Shown here piece by piece: positions 46,133 through 55,000 of a DNA stretch of 64,000 bases. The notes below the pieces were generated by a model. The model worked only from the letters and a program-made list of their open reading frames with translations, did not search any database and was not told where the DNA came from. The stretch spans positions 29,915-93,914 of the forward strand of contig CAYJIP010000005.1 in the NCBI GenBank assembly GCA_964370265.1, read 5' to 3'. This DNA is from an uncultured Clostridium sp. (lineage in GTDB: Bacteria; Bacillota; Clostridia; TANB77; CAG-508). The first letter of the stretch is position 1. Every line of letters begins with the position of its first letter. The translations under genes and the position numbers were made by a program.

Positions 46133-46225
46133 AAAAATAAAATCAAAAATAAAATCAAAAATAAAATTAAGATTAGAATAAAATTAAGATTAGAATAAAA
46201 TTGAGATTAGAATAAAATTAAGATA
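46133..46225. repeat. Composite tandem array: 12-mer AAAAATAAAATC x3, then 17-mer AAGATTAGAATAAAATT x3 plus a partial unit
   Basis: 12-mers at 46133, 46145 and 46157. 17-mers at 46169, 46186 and 46203. Lies between the cotJC stop and its terminator. Confidence 0.9.
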
Positions 46226-46238
46226 TAAAAAAGAAGAT

Positions 46239-46280
46239 AAAACCAATAATATTAAATATTTAATATTATTGGTTTTATTT
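46239..46280 (+). terminator. Intrinsic terminator of cotJABC
   Basis: Near-perfect palindrome AAAACCAATAATATTAAATATTTAATATTATTGGTTTT. Confidence 0.85.
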
Positions 46281-46407
46281 AGTTAGAAAATGTGTGGAGT
46301 TTAAAATATAAACGAAGGATAAAAGATAAACAGTATAACTAAAATTTGTGATTGGAATTTTCATGTAGAATAATAATTATTAGAGAAATTTAGAAAGTAT
46401 ATAAAAT

Positions 46408-46437
46408 TTGACAAAATGTATTAAAATATAGTATAAT
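46408..46437 (+). promoter_or_regulatory. SigA-type promoter
   Basis: TTGACA, 18-nt spacer, TATAAT. Confidence 0.55.
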
Positions 46438-46561
46438 ACTATTATGTTTAAACGAAAATAATATTTATTAAATAACTGAATTTAGTAAATGTTATATTTT
46501 TTTGAAATAAATACAGTAAAATATGTATTATACGCAGTTATATGTGAAATGGAGGAATGTT

Positions 46562-47812
46562 ATGAAAGAAGTTGTGAATTTTGGAATTGGATTCTTTACT
46601 GGAAGGCCAAATGTTTGTTCAATAATTAATAGTTATTACAATTTATTATTAGAACAATTTGAGGAATCTAAATATGAAGTCAAGATTACTTGTTTTATTT
46701 TATTTGATATGGAATATTTATCAACAGAAAGAAAAGAATTTTATAATATAGAGCCTGAAGTATATAAAAATATTAATATTAAATATATATCTCCAGAAAA
46801 TATAGATGAAGAAAGAAAGAAGTTCATGACAAGGTTCGAACTTTCTGAATATGAAGCAAATTTAATTTTAGGAAATAATTATGCTAAAGCAAGAAATACA
46901 ATAATGTATTATGCATTGAGAGCAAAAATGGATTATTTATTATTCTGGGATGATGACGAGTACCCAGTAGCTAATATAAAAGACGAAAACGGAGATGTTT
47001 CGTGGATTAAACAAAATAATTTATTAGAGCATTTTAAAGGATTAAAAAATGCAAATGTAACTACTGGTTTCAGATGTGGATTCATGGCACCATTACCAAT
47101 GTTTGAATATACAGAAGATTTAAATGAAGAAGATTTTAAAAAATTCATATATGCAGTAAGTAATGAAGCATTTAACTGGGATACTGTTTGTGAAATGAAA
47201 GTAAATCCAAGTAGTATATCATATGCTAGTGAAGATATAGCAACAGCAAAAGCTAGTGCAAATGAATTATTAGGAATAGGAAAAGATACATGGGTATTAG
47301 GATCAGGATTAGCATTAAACTTGAAAAAGTTAGAAATACTACCAGCTTTCTATAATCCAGAAGGAGCAAGAGGGGAAGATGCATTTTTTGCAACAGCATT
47401 AGCAAAAGAGAATGCTAAAGTTGTACAAGTTCCAACATATCATTTCCATGATAGTTTTTTACGTTATACAAATATTCTTAAAGAGAAATATCCTAAAAAC
47501 TTTAAGAGACTAAACCATAAAGATGGCGACTTAGTTATTAGGTTTAGAAAAGCATGTATTGGATGGATGAAATATAAACCATTATTAATATACATAACAG
47601 AAAGAGAAAAATATGAAGAAATTATAATTAAAGTAAGAGCATATTTAGAAGAAACAATCTCAAAAATTAATAAAGTGTTTCCTAACTATAATTTTGATAT
47701 ATTATTAAATGAATTAAATGAATATGATAAAAATGTTGAAAAACATTATGAAGAATATTTAAAAACAACAGAAGTTTGGAATAAGATTAAAGAAAAAATG
47801 TTATCAGAATAA
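46562..47812 (+). CDS. Uncharacterised protein, possible GT-A-fold glycosyltransferase
   Basis: GGAGG RBS before ATG 46562. WDDDEYP (DxD-like) and GARGEDAFF motifs. No family recognised with confidence. Confidence 0.65.
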   Translation: MKEVVNFGIGFFTGRPNVCSIINSYYNLLLEQFEESKYEVKITCFILFDMEYLSTERKEFYNIEPEVYKNINIKYISPENIDEERKKFMTRFELSEYEANLILGNNYAKARNTIMYYALRAKMDYLLFWDDDEYPVANIKDENGDVSWIKQNNLLEHFKGLKNANVTTGFRCGFMAPLPMFEYTEDLNEEDFKKFIYAVSNEAFNWDTVCEMKVNPSSISYASEDIATAKASANELLGIGKDTWVLGSGLALNLKKLEILPAFYNPEGARGEDAFFATALAKENAKVVQVPTYHFHDSFLRYTNILKEKYPKNFKRLNHKDGDLVIRFRKACIGWMKYKPLLIYITEREKYEEIIIKVRAYLEETISKINKVFPNYNFDILLNELNEYDKNVEKHYEEYLKTTEVWNKIKEKMLSE

Positions 47813-47839
47813 GATTAATACTGAAAGGAAAATTGATGT

Positions 47840-48850
47840 ATGAAAAAAATAAGTGTAATAATTCCAGTATACAATGTGGAAAAATACTTAGAGAAATGTT
47901 TAGAAAGTGTTATAAACCAAACATATAAAAATTTAGAAATAATTGTTGTAAATGATGGGTCAAAAGATACATCAGGTGATATATGTGATATATTTGCCAA
48001 AAAAGATGATAGAATTAAAGTCATTCATAAAATAAATGGTGGGTTATCAGATGCTAGAAATGCAGGAATGAAAATAGCTACAGGTGATTATATAGGATTT
48101 GTAGATAGTGATGATTATATTGCAGAAGATATGTTTTCAACATTATATGAATTAGCAGAAAAACATAATTGTGAAATTTCAATTGTTTCATTTTATGAGA
48201 TGATGGATAATAGATTATTAAGTGTTCAACGATCTGGTGAATTAGATGTGATGGATAAAGAAACGGCAATAAAAGAACTTTTAATAGATACCAAAATACA
48301 AAGTTATGCATGGAATAAGTTGTTTAAGAGAGAATTATTTTTAGATATAGATTTCCCAGTAGGAAAGAATTTCGAAGATATAGCAACAACATTATTATTA
48401 TTTGAAAAAGCAAATAAGATTGTTAGATTAGAAGAACCAAAATATTATTATTTAAGAAGAAATGATAGTATAGTAGGTGTAAGAAATTATAAAACATATG
48501 CAGATTATATTGAAGTATTGTTATCTAAATATGAATATCTGGAAGGAAAATATAAAGAACTAGATGTATATAATGAATATAATTTTATAATATCAATGAT
48601 ATGGGTATATACAATAATAGTAGCATTTGAAATAAATGATTTGGAAAGTAAAATAGATGAAATTTTCCCGTTATTAAAAAAACTTACAGAGAAAAATTCG
48701 GACTTATTAAACAAAGAATTAGATCACTATAATAAAGCGATGTTATCTATGATATTATTAGATAGAAAAACAACACATAATGCAATAAAAGAATTATATA
48801 TAGAATGTAAAAAATTAAGAGAAGACGGAAATTTTTCATTACAAATATAG
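47840..48850 (+). CDS. Family 2 glycosyltransferase
   Basis: ISVIIPVYNVEKYL..NQTY..LEIIVVNDGS..D and DSDD motifs. Confidence 0.85.
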   Translation: MKKISVIIPVYNVEKYLEKCLESVINQTYKNLEIIVVNDGSKDTSGDICDIFAKKDDRIKVIHKINGGLSDARNAGMKIATGDYIGFVDSDDYIAEDMFSTLYELAEKHNCEISIVSFYEMMDNRLLSVQRSGELDVMDKETAIKELLIDTKIQSYAWNKLFKRELFLDIDFPVGKNFEDIATTLLLFEKANKIVRLEEPKYYYLRRNDSIVGVRNYKTYADYIEVLLSKYEYLEGKYKELDVYNEYNFIISMIWVYTIIVAFEINDLESKIDEIFPLLKKLTEKNSDLLNKELDHYNKAMLSMILLDRKTTHNAIKELYIECKKLREDGNFSLQI

Positions 48851-48874
48851 AGATAATATAGAATTAAAGAAAAA

Positions 48875-48931
48875 AGATAAAACAATATTGAATTATAACT
48901 TATTAAGAATAATTTGATATTGTTTTATTTA
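48875..48931 (+). terminator. Hairpin (possible terminator or attenuator) inside the glycan cassette
   Basis: 12-bp stem ATAAAACAATAT / ATATTGTTTTAT with partial inner pairing, then TTT. Confidence 0.5.
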
Positions 48932-48976
48932 AGAGTATAGATATATATCAAATTTAAATATAGAAAGAGGTAAAAA

Positions 48977-50062
48977 ATGAAAATAGGAATTTTAACATAC
49001 CATGATGCACATAATTATGGTGCAGTATTACAAGCATATGCTTTAAAAACATATTTAAATAAACAAGGACATGATGCAACATTAGTTAATTATCATCATA
49101 AAGATGTACCAGACGGTTTCCCAAGAGAAAGAAAAATGAAAAAATGTGAAACTAAAGAAGAATTAGACATTTTTTTAAAAGAAATGGAATATTCAGCAAA
49201 AGACCATGACGAAAGATGGATTAAATTCGATAGTTTTATCAAACAATTAATTGATAATAATTCATATGTATATGATTCAGAAGAAGAATTAGAAAAAATT
49301 CAAGATATAGATGTATTCATATGTGGTAGTGATCAAATATGGAATAGTGATATTACTGGTGAATTAAATAAAGGATTCTTCCTATATTTCAACACAAAAG
49401 CTAAAAAAATATCTTATGCTGCAAGTATGGGGATTGATGCTTTAAGAGAAGATGAAGAAGCGGATTTTAAAAAATATATAAATAATTTAGATTCAATAGG
49501 TGTAAGGGAAGATTCATTAAAAGAATATTCTGAAAAATTCACAGATAAAAAAGTAACAAAAACATTGGACCCTACATTCTTACTAGAAAAAAAAGATTAT
49601 GAAGACCTATTAACAGAAGTGAAATTTGAAAAATATATTTTAATATATGCATTAGGACCAGATAGCAGGTTGACAAAATTAGCAAACTATATTGCTAAAG
49701 AAAAAAATCTAAAAATTGTAGAATTAAATGATTGTAAAAAAGAAAACTACCAATTTGAACAAGTTTCAAATGCAGGACCAAGTGATTTCTTAAGTTTAAT
49801 ATACAACGCAGATTTCGTTATAACAAATTCTTTCCATGGAACAATATTCTCAATAATATTCAATAAAGAGTTTTATACATTAACAAGATTAAATAGAAAT
49901 TCAAGAATGAAATCATTATTAGGAAATATTGGTCTAGGAGACAGATTATTAGATCAAAATATTGATATTGATATTAATAAAACAATTAACTTTAAAGATG
50001 CAGAAAAATTATTAGAAAAAGATGTTGAAATAGCAAAAACATATTTGAAAGAATCAATATAA
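48977..50062 (+). CDS. Polysaccharide pyruvyl transferase family protein
   Basis: MKIGILTYH..NYGAVLQAYAL N-terminus and GSDQIWN motif. Confidence 0.8.
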   Translation: MKIGILTYHDAHNYGAVLQAYALKTYLNKQGHDATLVNYHHKDVPDGFPRERKMKKCETKEELDIFLKEMEYSAKDHDERWIKFDSFIKQLIDNNSYVYDSEEELEKIQDIDVFICGSDQIWNSDITGELNKGFFLYFNTKAKKISYAASMGIDALREDEEADFKKYINNLDSIGVREDSLKEYSEKFTDKKVTKTLDPTFLLEKKDYEDLLTEVKFEKYILIYALGPDSRLTKLANYIAKEKNLKIVELNDCKKENYQFEQVSNAGPSDFLSLIYNADFVITNSFHGTIFSIIFNKEFYTLTRLNRNSRMKSLLGNIGLGDRLLDQNIDIDINKTINFKDAEKLLEKDVEIAKTYLKESI

Positions 50063-50113
50063 GCAAAGATATTTTTCACATTTAGAGTAAAATAATATCT
50101 TAGGAGGATATAA

Positions 50114-51214
50114 ATGGAAAAAGTATATAGTACTGAACAATTGTGTTCAGGTTGTAGAATTTGTAGCAATATTTGTCCTACAAAAGCTATAGTAATGCAA
50201 GCAGACAAAAAAGGATATAGTTACCCAGTGATAGAACAAGATAAATGTATTGATTGTAAGCAATGTATAAGAGTGTGTCCATACAAAGATGGTACTAAAT
50301 TTGAAAAATCATTAAATATATATGCATGTAAAAATAAAGACCTTAAAAAAATAGAAGTAAGCTCTTCAGGTGGATTCTTTGGAGAAGTAGCAACAAAAGT
50401 TATCAATAATGGTGGAGTGGTTTTTGGAGCAATTTTTGATGATGAATTTAAAGTAATTCATAAAAAAGCAGAAACATTAGAAGAATTAGAAAAAATAAAA
50501 AGATCAAAATATGTGCAAAGTGATACAAAACTGATGTATATAGAAATTAAAAATGAATTAAAACAAAATAAATTAGTTTTAGCATCAGGAACACCGTGTC
50601 AAATGCAAGCATTAAAAAATATGAATTTACCAAATAAGGAAAATCTTATAGTAATAGACTTTGTATGCCATGGTGTAATGGCACCAGAAATTTTTGAAGA
50701 GTATAAAAAGTTTTTAGAAAAGAAATATAATTCTAAAATAATCAATTTTAACTTTAGGCACAAAAATGAAAAAGGTACACAAAATGTAAAAGTAGATTTT
50801 GCAAATGGACAAACATATATATGTTCATATAGAGAGGGAGATCCATACTACAATTTATTTTTAAAAGACTATACACTACGTGAAAGTTGCTATAATTGTA
50901 AATTTAAGAATATAGAAAGAATTAGTGATATAACATTAGCAGATTTTTGGGGAATACAAAATTTAGAAAATAAAGAATTTGCAAATAAAAAATCAGTATC
51001 TTTAATATTAATAAATTCTAAAAAAGGACAAGAAATTATTGAAGAAATTAAAGATAAATTCGACATACTAGAAATAGAAGAAAAAGATTGCAAGCCATAT
51101 AATTGTTTTGACAAAATAATAAGACCTGAAAAAGTTGACTTTGTATGGGAACAATATATAGAAAAAGGATTTGAACAATTATTTATAGATAATCCAGATT
51201 TATTAACATTTTAA
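50114..51214 (+). CDS. Coenzyme F420 hydrogenase/dehydrogenase beta-subunit-like FeS protein
   Basis: Two N-terminal 4Fe-4S motifs (CSGCRICSNICP, CIDCKQCIRVCP). FrhB-like C-terminus. Usual partner of pyruvyl transferases. Confidence 0.7.
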   Translation: MEKVYSTEQLCSGCRICSNICPTKAIVMQADKKGYSYPVIEQDKCIDCKQCIRVCPYKDGTKFEKSLNIYACKNKDLKKIEVSSSGGFFGEVATKVINNGGVVFGAIFDDEFKVIHKKAETLEELEKIKRSKYVQSDTKLMYIEIKNELKQNKLVLASGTPCQMQALKNMNLPNKENLIVIDFVCHGVMAPEIFEEYKKFLEKKYNSKIINFNFRHKNEKGTQNVKVDFANGQTYICSYREGDPYYNLFLKDYTLRESCYNCKFKNIERISDITLADFWGIQNLENKEFANKKSVSLILINSKKGQEIIEEIKDKFDILEIEEKDCKPYNCFDKIIRPEKVDFVWEQYIEKGFEQLFIDNPDLLTF

Positions 51215-51306
51215 AAAATTAAATATAGAAAATAAAATGAAACAACTTTAAAAATATATATGGATTTAGAGTTGTTTTATTCTGATTGACATAATTTTGA
51301 CATTTT

Positions 51307-51336
51307 ATTATAGAATAGAGTATAATATATATAGTT
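51307..51336 (+). promoter_or_regulatory. SigA-type promoter (one of two overlapping TTGACA boxes)
   Basis: TTGACA (51307-51312), 18-nt spacer, TATAAT (51331-51336). A second TTGACA at 51296 pairs with TATAGA. Confidence 0.5.
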
Positions 51337-51391
51337 ATGTTTATATAATTAATTACATTATCATTAAAACAACAGAAAAGAGGATTAAGAC

Positions 51392-51994
51392 ATGAAGAAA
51401 ACAAAAGACATACAAGGAATAATAGGAGTAATTGTAATAATTTGTTTAATTGTAGGATATTTTATTACAGGAACGCCAAAACAAATTGATGAAGAATATA
51501 TAACATACCACTGTGATGGTAAAGTATTAACATTGCGGAATACAGAGATAGAAATATCGAAAGATTCAAAACACTATGCAAAAATACAAGGAGATATAAT
51601 TCGATTTGTAGTTGAACCACTTAAAATGTATAATTCTGAATCAGAAATCATTGCTTATGCAGATGATACATATCATTTCATTGCTCAAGATTCACATGCA
51701 GTTTTTGTAGGTGAGAAATTTCAATTTGAAGTAGTAGGTTTAGTAGATTTTTTAGGTGAAAAATATGAAATATATGACGAAGAAGGAAATCAAATTGGGG
51801 TTGTAGATTTTAATTCTATCGACACAGAAGGAGAATTTTATGATATGGAAGGGACCCTGTTAGCAGATTACACTTCTCGTATGGGTGGATTAGATTACAC
51901 TGTTAGAATAACAGAGAATTGCACTTTAAATCATGATGCGATATTACTGTTAATGGCTTCATATTATAGTGATAAACAAGCAGATTCAAAATAA
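51392..51994 (+). CDS. Membrane-anchored hypothetical protein
   Basis: Good RBS and N-terminal TM. Beta-rich body, possibly tubby/LOR-like, unverified. Confidence 0.55.
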   Translation: MKKTKDIQGIIGVIVIICLIVGYFITGTPKQIDEEYITYHCDGKVLTLRNTEIEISKDSKHYAKIQGDIIRFVVEPLKMYNSESEIIAYADDTYHFIAQDSHAVFVGEKFQFEVVGLVDFLGEKYEIYDEEGNQIGVVDFNSIDTEGEFYDMEGTLLADYTSRMGGLDYTVRITENCTLNHDAILLLMASYYSDKQADSK

Positions 51995-52008
51995 AAATGA
52001 TAATGTAT

Positions 52009-52044
52009 AAACTAGTACTTCAAATTTGGGGTACTAGTTTTTTT
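52009..52044 (+). terminator. Intrinsic terminator
   Basis: AAACTAGTAC / GTACTAGTTT stem followed by a T-run. Confidence 0.8.
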
Positions 52045-52121
52045 AGAATGATAGTAAATATAATTTGTAATATTAAAATAGTAGTGGTAAAATGTAGAAA
52101 AATCAGTAGAGGAATTTTGTT

Positions 52122-52996
52122 ATGAAAGAATTTGATGAAAAAAGATTAAAAGATCTATTCGAAAAATATAAAAAAAGTGATAAAAATAAAGAAGTATTTG
52201 AAGAGATATATATAGTAAATATAGGCAATTAGTATTTAAGATAGCTTTTACAATATTGAAAAATAAAGATAATTCAGAAGATGTAGTACAAATTATTTTT
52301 TTGAAAATATATAATTTAAAAAAAGAAAATTTACCTTCGAAATATTATTTGAGCTGGATATATCAGATTACAAAAAATGAATCACTAACATATATTAAAA
52401 AAAATTTGAATAATAAACAATCTAGTTTAGAAGAACAAAAAGAAATCATCAACCAAAATAATGAAATCGAAGAATTTATAGAAAAAGATAAATATGAAAA
52501 ACTTATAAAAAGACTAAATGAAACAGAAAAAGAAATTATAACATTAAAAATAATATCAGAATTTTCATTTGCAGAGATAGCACATATGTTGAAAAAACCT
52601 GAAGGTACTATAAAATGGAAATACTATAATGCAATACATAAATTAAAAATAATACTAGGAAATTTAAGTATAGGATTAATAGCTTTTATTTTAGGATGGA
52701 AAATGTTATATAAAGAAATTCAAATTACCGAATATATAGAAAAAGAAATACCTAATCCAGAATATATAGATGTTGAAGAAAACCCAGATGAAGAATTTAA
52801 AGAAGATATGAATGATGAACAGGAAGAAATATTAATACCAAAAACTATTATAATAACAGAAGAAAAAGTCGTTAATACAACAGAGATTTCAAATGAAGGA
52901 ATAGGTCTAATCATTATAGCAATAGTTTTCATATTAATTTCAATAGTATTAATTTTAAAATATATTGTGAAATTTTCTAAAAAACCAACTATTTAA
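52122..52996 (+). pseudogene. ECF-like sigma-70 family sigma factor with a C-terminal double-TM extension, interrupted by a frameshift in an (AT)n tract
   Basis: ATG 52122 with RBS AGTAGAGGAA encodes MKEF..EVFEEIY and stops at 52230-52232. Region 2 continues in another frame from 52202 (DIYSKYRQLVFKIAF..EDVVQIIFLKIY). Removing one AT from ATATATATA (52206-52214) restores a single ORF. Confidence 0.75.
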
Positions 52997-53039
52997 TAGA
53001 TTAAAATAGTCTAAATAATAGAAAGGATAGGTGGTTAAA

Positions 53040-53918
53040 ATGAAAAGAAAAGTTTTAATAATTATAATTACTATAGTTATTGTTACAATTTTAGTTATAA
53101 CTAGTTTTTTATTAGGAATAAGATATAATGAGGAGAATAGACAAAACCAAAACAATGACATACAACAAAATATTAATCAGGAAAACACAGCAAATACTTT
53201 TGAAGAAACAGATGTAGTAAAAATTGAAAATCAAGTAATACAGAATGAATATCTAATTAATGAATTTATAGCAAAAATTGAAGATGGAAAAGAAGCAGAA
53301 ATAGTTTTGACTGTAGATATTAATGAAGAAGTTGTAATAGTCAAATATTTTGAGATACAAGAGATAGACGGAATAAAATTGGTGTATCAAGTTATAAAAA
53401 ATGATGGAGAGGTACATGTTTATGAAAGTGAAAAATGGACATTAAAAAGAAGAGTGATAGGAGATATAGTACAAATATATTTAGATAGTGGAGAAGATTA
53501 TGATTTAGCAGAAATTCCAATTATATGTGAGTATTTATTAAAAAGTAGTGGCTACACAAGAAAAATAGAGTTCAATTTTGAAGAAAGAAAAGATTTAGGG
53601 GAAGAAATAATATTTAATAAAAATGAAAATACAGATTATAAATATAATATAAAAACAATAGGTGGGGATTTATCTATTATTGTGGAAGAGGATATGGTTT
53701 TTGCAAATATTAATAAAAATGAATTATTAAAAACTATAAATTTTGATGAAATATATAATCAAATTAAGTTAGATGAAGAATATGGTTATGTAAAAATAAG
53801 AGAAATAGAAGATAAAGATATAATAATATATGAATATGACAGCTTTGATATAATAAAACATAACGAAATAGATAATAAAGATTTAGTATTTGTACCTAAC
53901 AATTTTACTAATTGCTAG
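53040..53918 (+). CDS. Membrane-anchored hypothetical protein downstream of the sigma factor (possibly DUF4362-like)
   Basis: AGGTGG RBS before ATG 53040. N-terminal TM, then an extracytoplasmic domain with an NEYLINEFIAKIEDGKEAEI segment. Confidence 0.55.
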   Translation: MKRKVLIIIITIVIVTILVITSFLLGIRYNEENRQNQNNDIQQNINQENTANTFEETDVVKIENQVIQNEYLINEFIAKIEDGKEAEIVLTVDINEEVVIVKYFEIQEIDGIKLVYQVIKNDGEVHVYESEKWTLKRRVIGDIVQIYLDSGEDYDLAEIPIICEYLLKSSGYTRKIEFNFEERKDLGEEIIFNKNENTDYKYNIKTIGGDLSIIVEEDMVFANINKNELLKTINFDEIYNQIKLDEEYGYVKIREIEDKDIIIYEYDSFDIIKHNEIDNKDLVFVPNNFTNC

Positions 53919-54042
53919 AAATACACTAAAATAAATTAAAGAAAAGTATGACTATAAAGAATATAATATTATAAAAATAATCATTTCAAATATATTAGAA
54001 ATATAGTATAATAGATATATGGAGAAAAAGGGGGGAATTTAA

Positions 54043-54840
54043 ATGGCAGCATTAGCAGTAATACTTTTACCAATAATAGTAATGATGGGTATTATATTTA
54101 TAGTATTTAATATAGTTGTAGCAGCACTTGGGATCACAACTGTAATTCTTGGAATAAGAGCAATAATTAAAAAGAAAGTTAAAAATGGATTTATAGCATG
54201 TTTAACATTATTTCTAACATTAGGATTATTGTTAGCAGCGATATGGGGATTTTTCTTCACACCAGATACATATTTTAGATTTTTTACAAATATGGTGATA
54301 GGAAAAGAATTAACAGCAATAGAATATTTAGATTATGAAAAACTTGAAGAATACTTAAAAGATGGATGGAAACCTGAAGAATCAGAATATATATTTGAAG
54401 ATATATTACCATTAGAAGATGATAAAGAAAAAGATGAAGCAAATTTGAAAATACTTGATTTATTATTAGAGTATGGAGTAAATCCAAACAGTCCAGAACA
54501 AGTAGGTGATAAGGAAATGTCAATACTTCAGTATGCAGTAGGACAAGAGAATGTAAAAGCAGTTGAAATAATTTTAAAACATGGAGGAGATCCAAATAAT
54601 ACAAATTATCCACAATATAAACAAACAGCAGGTCACAATATATTTTTTGAATTTGGAACAGAACATTATGAAATGTTACAAATTTTATTAGAAAACGGCT
54701 TAGATGTAAATGCAAAAGATTATTATGGAGAAACAGTTTTAGAACATTTAAATGAAGAATTTCTAGAAATAGATGAAGATACAGAAAATTATCAAGATAT
54801 AAAAGAATTACTTGATAAGTTGAAAAGTGAAAATGTATAA
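54043..54840 (+). CDS. Membrane protein with C-terminal ankyrin repeats
   Basis: Three N-terminal TM helices. Ankyrin-like units (SILQYAVGQENVKAVEIILKHGGDPN, LENGLDVNAKDYYGETVLEHL). Confidence 0.65.
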   Translation: MAALAVILLPIIVMMGIIFIVFNIVVAALGITTVILGIRAIIKKKVKNGFIACLTLFLTLGLLLAAIWGFFFTPDTYFRFFTNMVIGKELTAIEYLDYEKLEEYLKDGWKPEESEYIFEDILPLEDDKEKDEANLKILDLLLEYGVNPNSPEQVGDKEMSILQYAVGQENVKAVEIILKHGGDPNNTNYPQYKQTAGHNIFFEFGTEHYEMLQILLENGLDVNAKDYYGETVLEHLNEEFLEIDEDTENYQDIKELLDKLKSENV

Positions 54841-54866
54841 AAAAGATAATTTGAAAAAAATTTAGT

Positions 54867-54904
54867 AAAAAATAATAATTACATATGGTAGTTATTATTT
54901 TTTA
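54867..54904 (+). terminator. Intrinsic terminator
   Basis: AAAAAATAATAA...TTATTATTTTTT arms around an ACATATGGT centre. Confidence 0.6.
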
Positions 54905-54905
54905 T

Positions 54906-54933
54906 TTGAAATTATGTAAATTTATGGTATAAT
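54906..54933 (+). promoter_or_regulatory. SigA-type promoter (extended -10)
   Basis: TTGAAA, 16-nt spacer, TATAAT, with TG at -15/-14. Confidence 0.55.
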
Positions 54934-55000
54934 ATATATGTGAGTTTTTATGAATAGATATGAAAGAATTTTCATATCACAGGAGACATAGGAGGTTATT

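Noticed and set aside
44533-46225. Tandem repeat arrays considered as CRISPR-like
   Set aside because: Units are only 6-17 nt with no unique spacers, there is no leader or cas genes, and the arrays sit in 3' UTRs. These are micro/minisatellites, not CRISPR.
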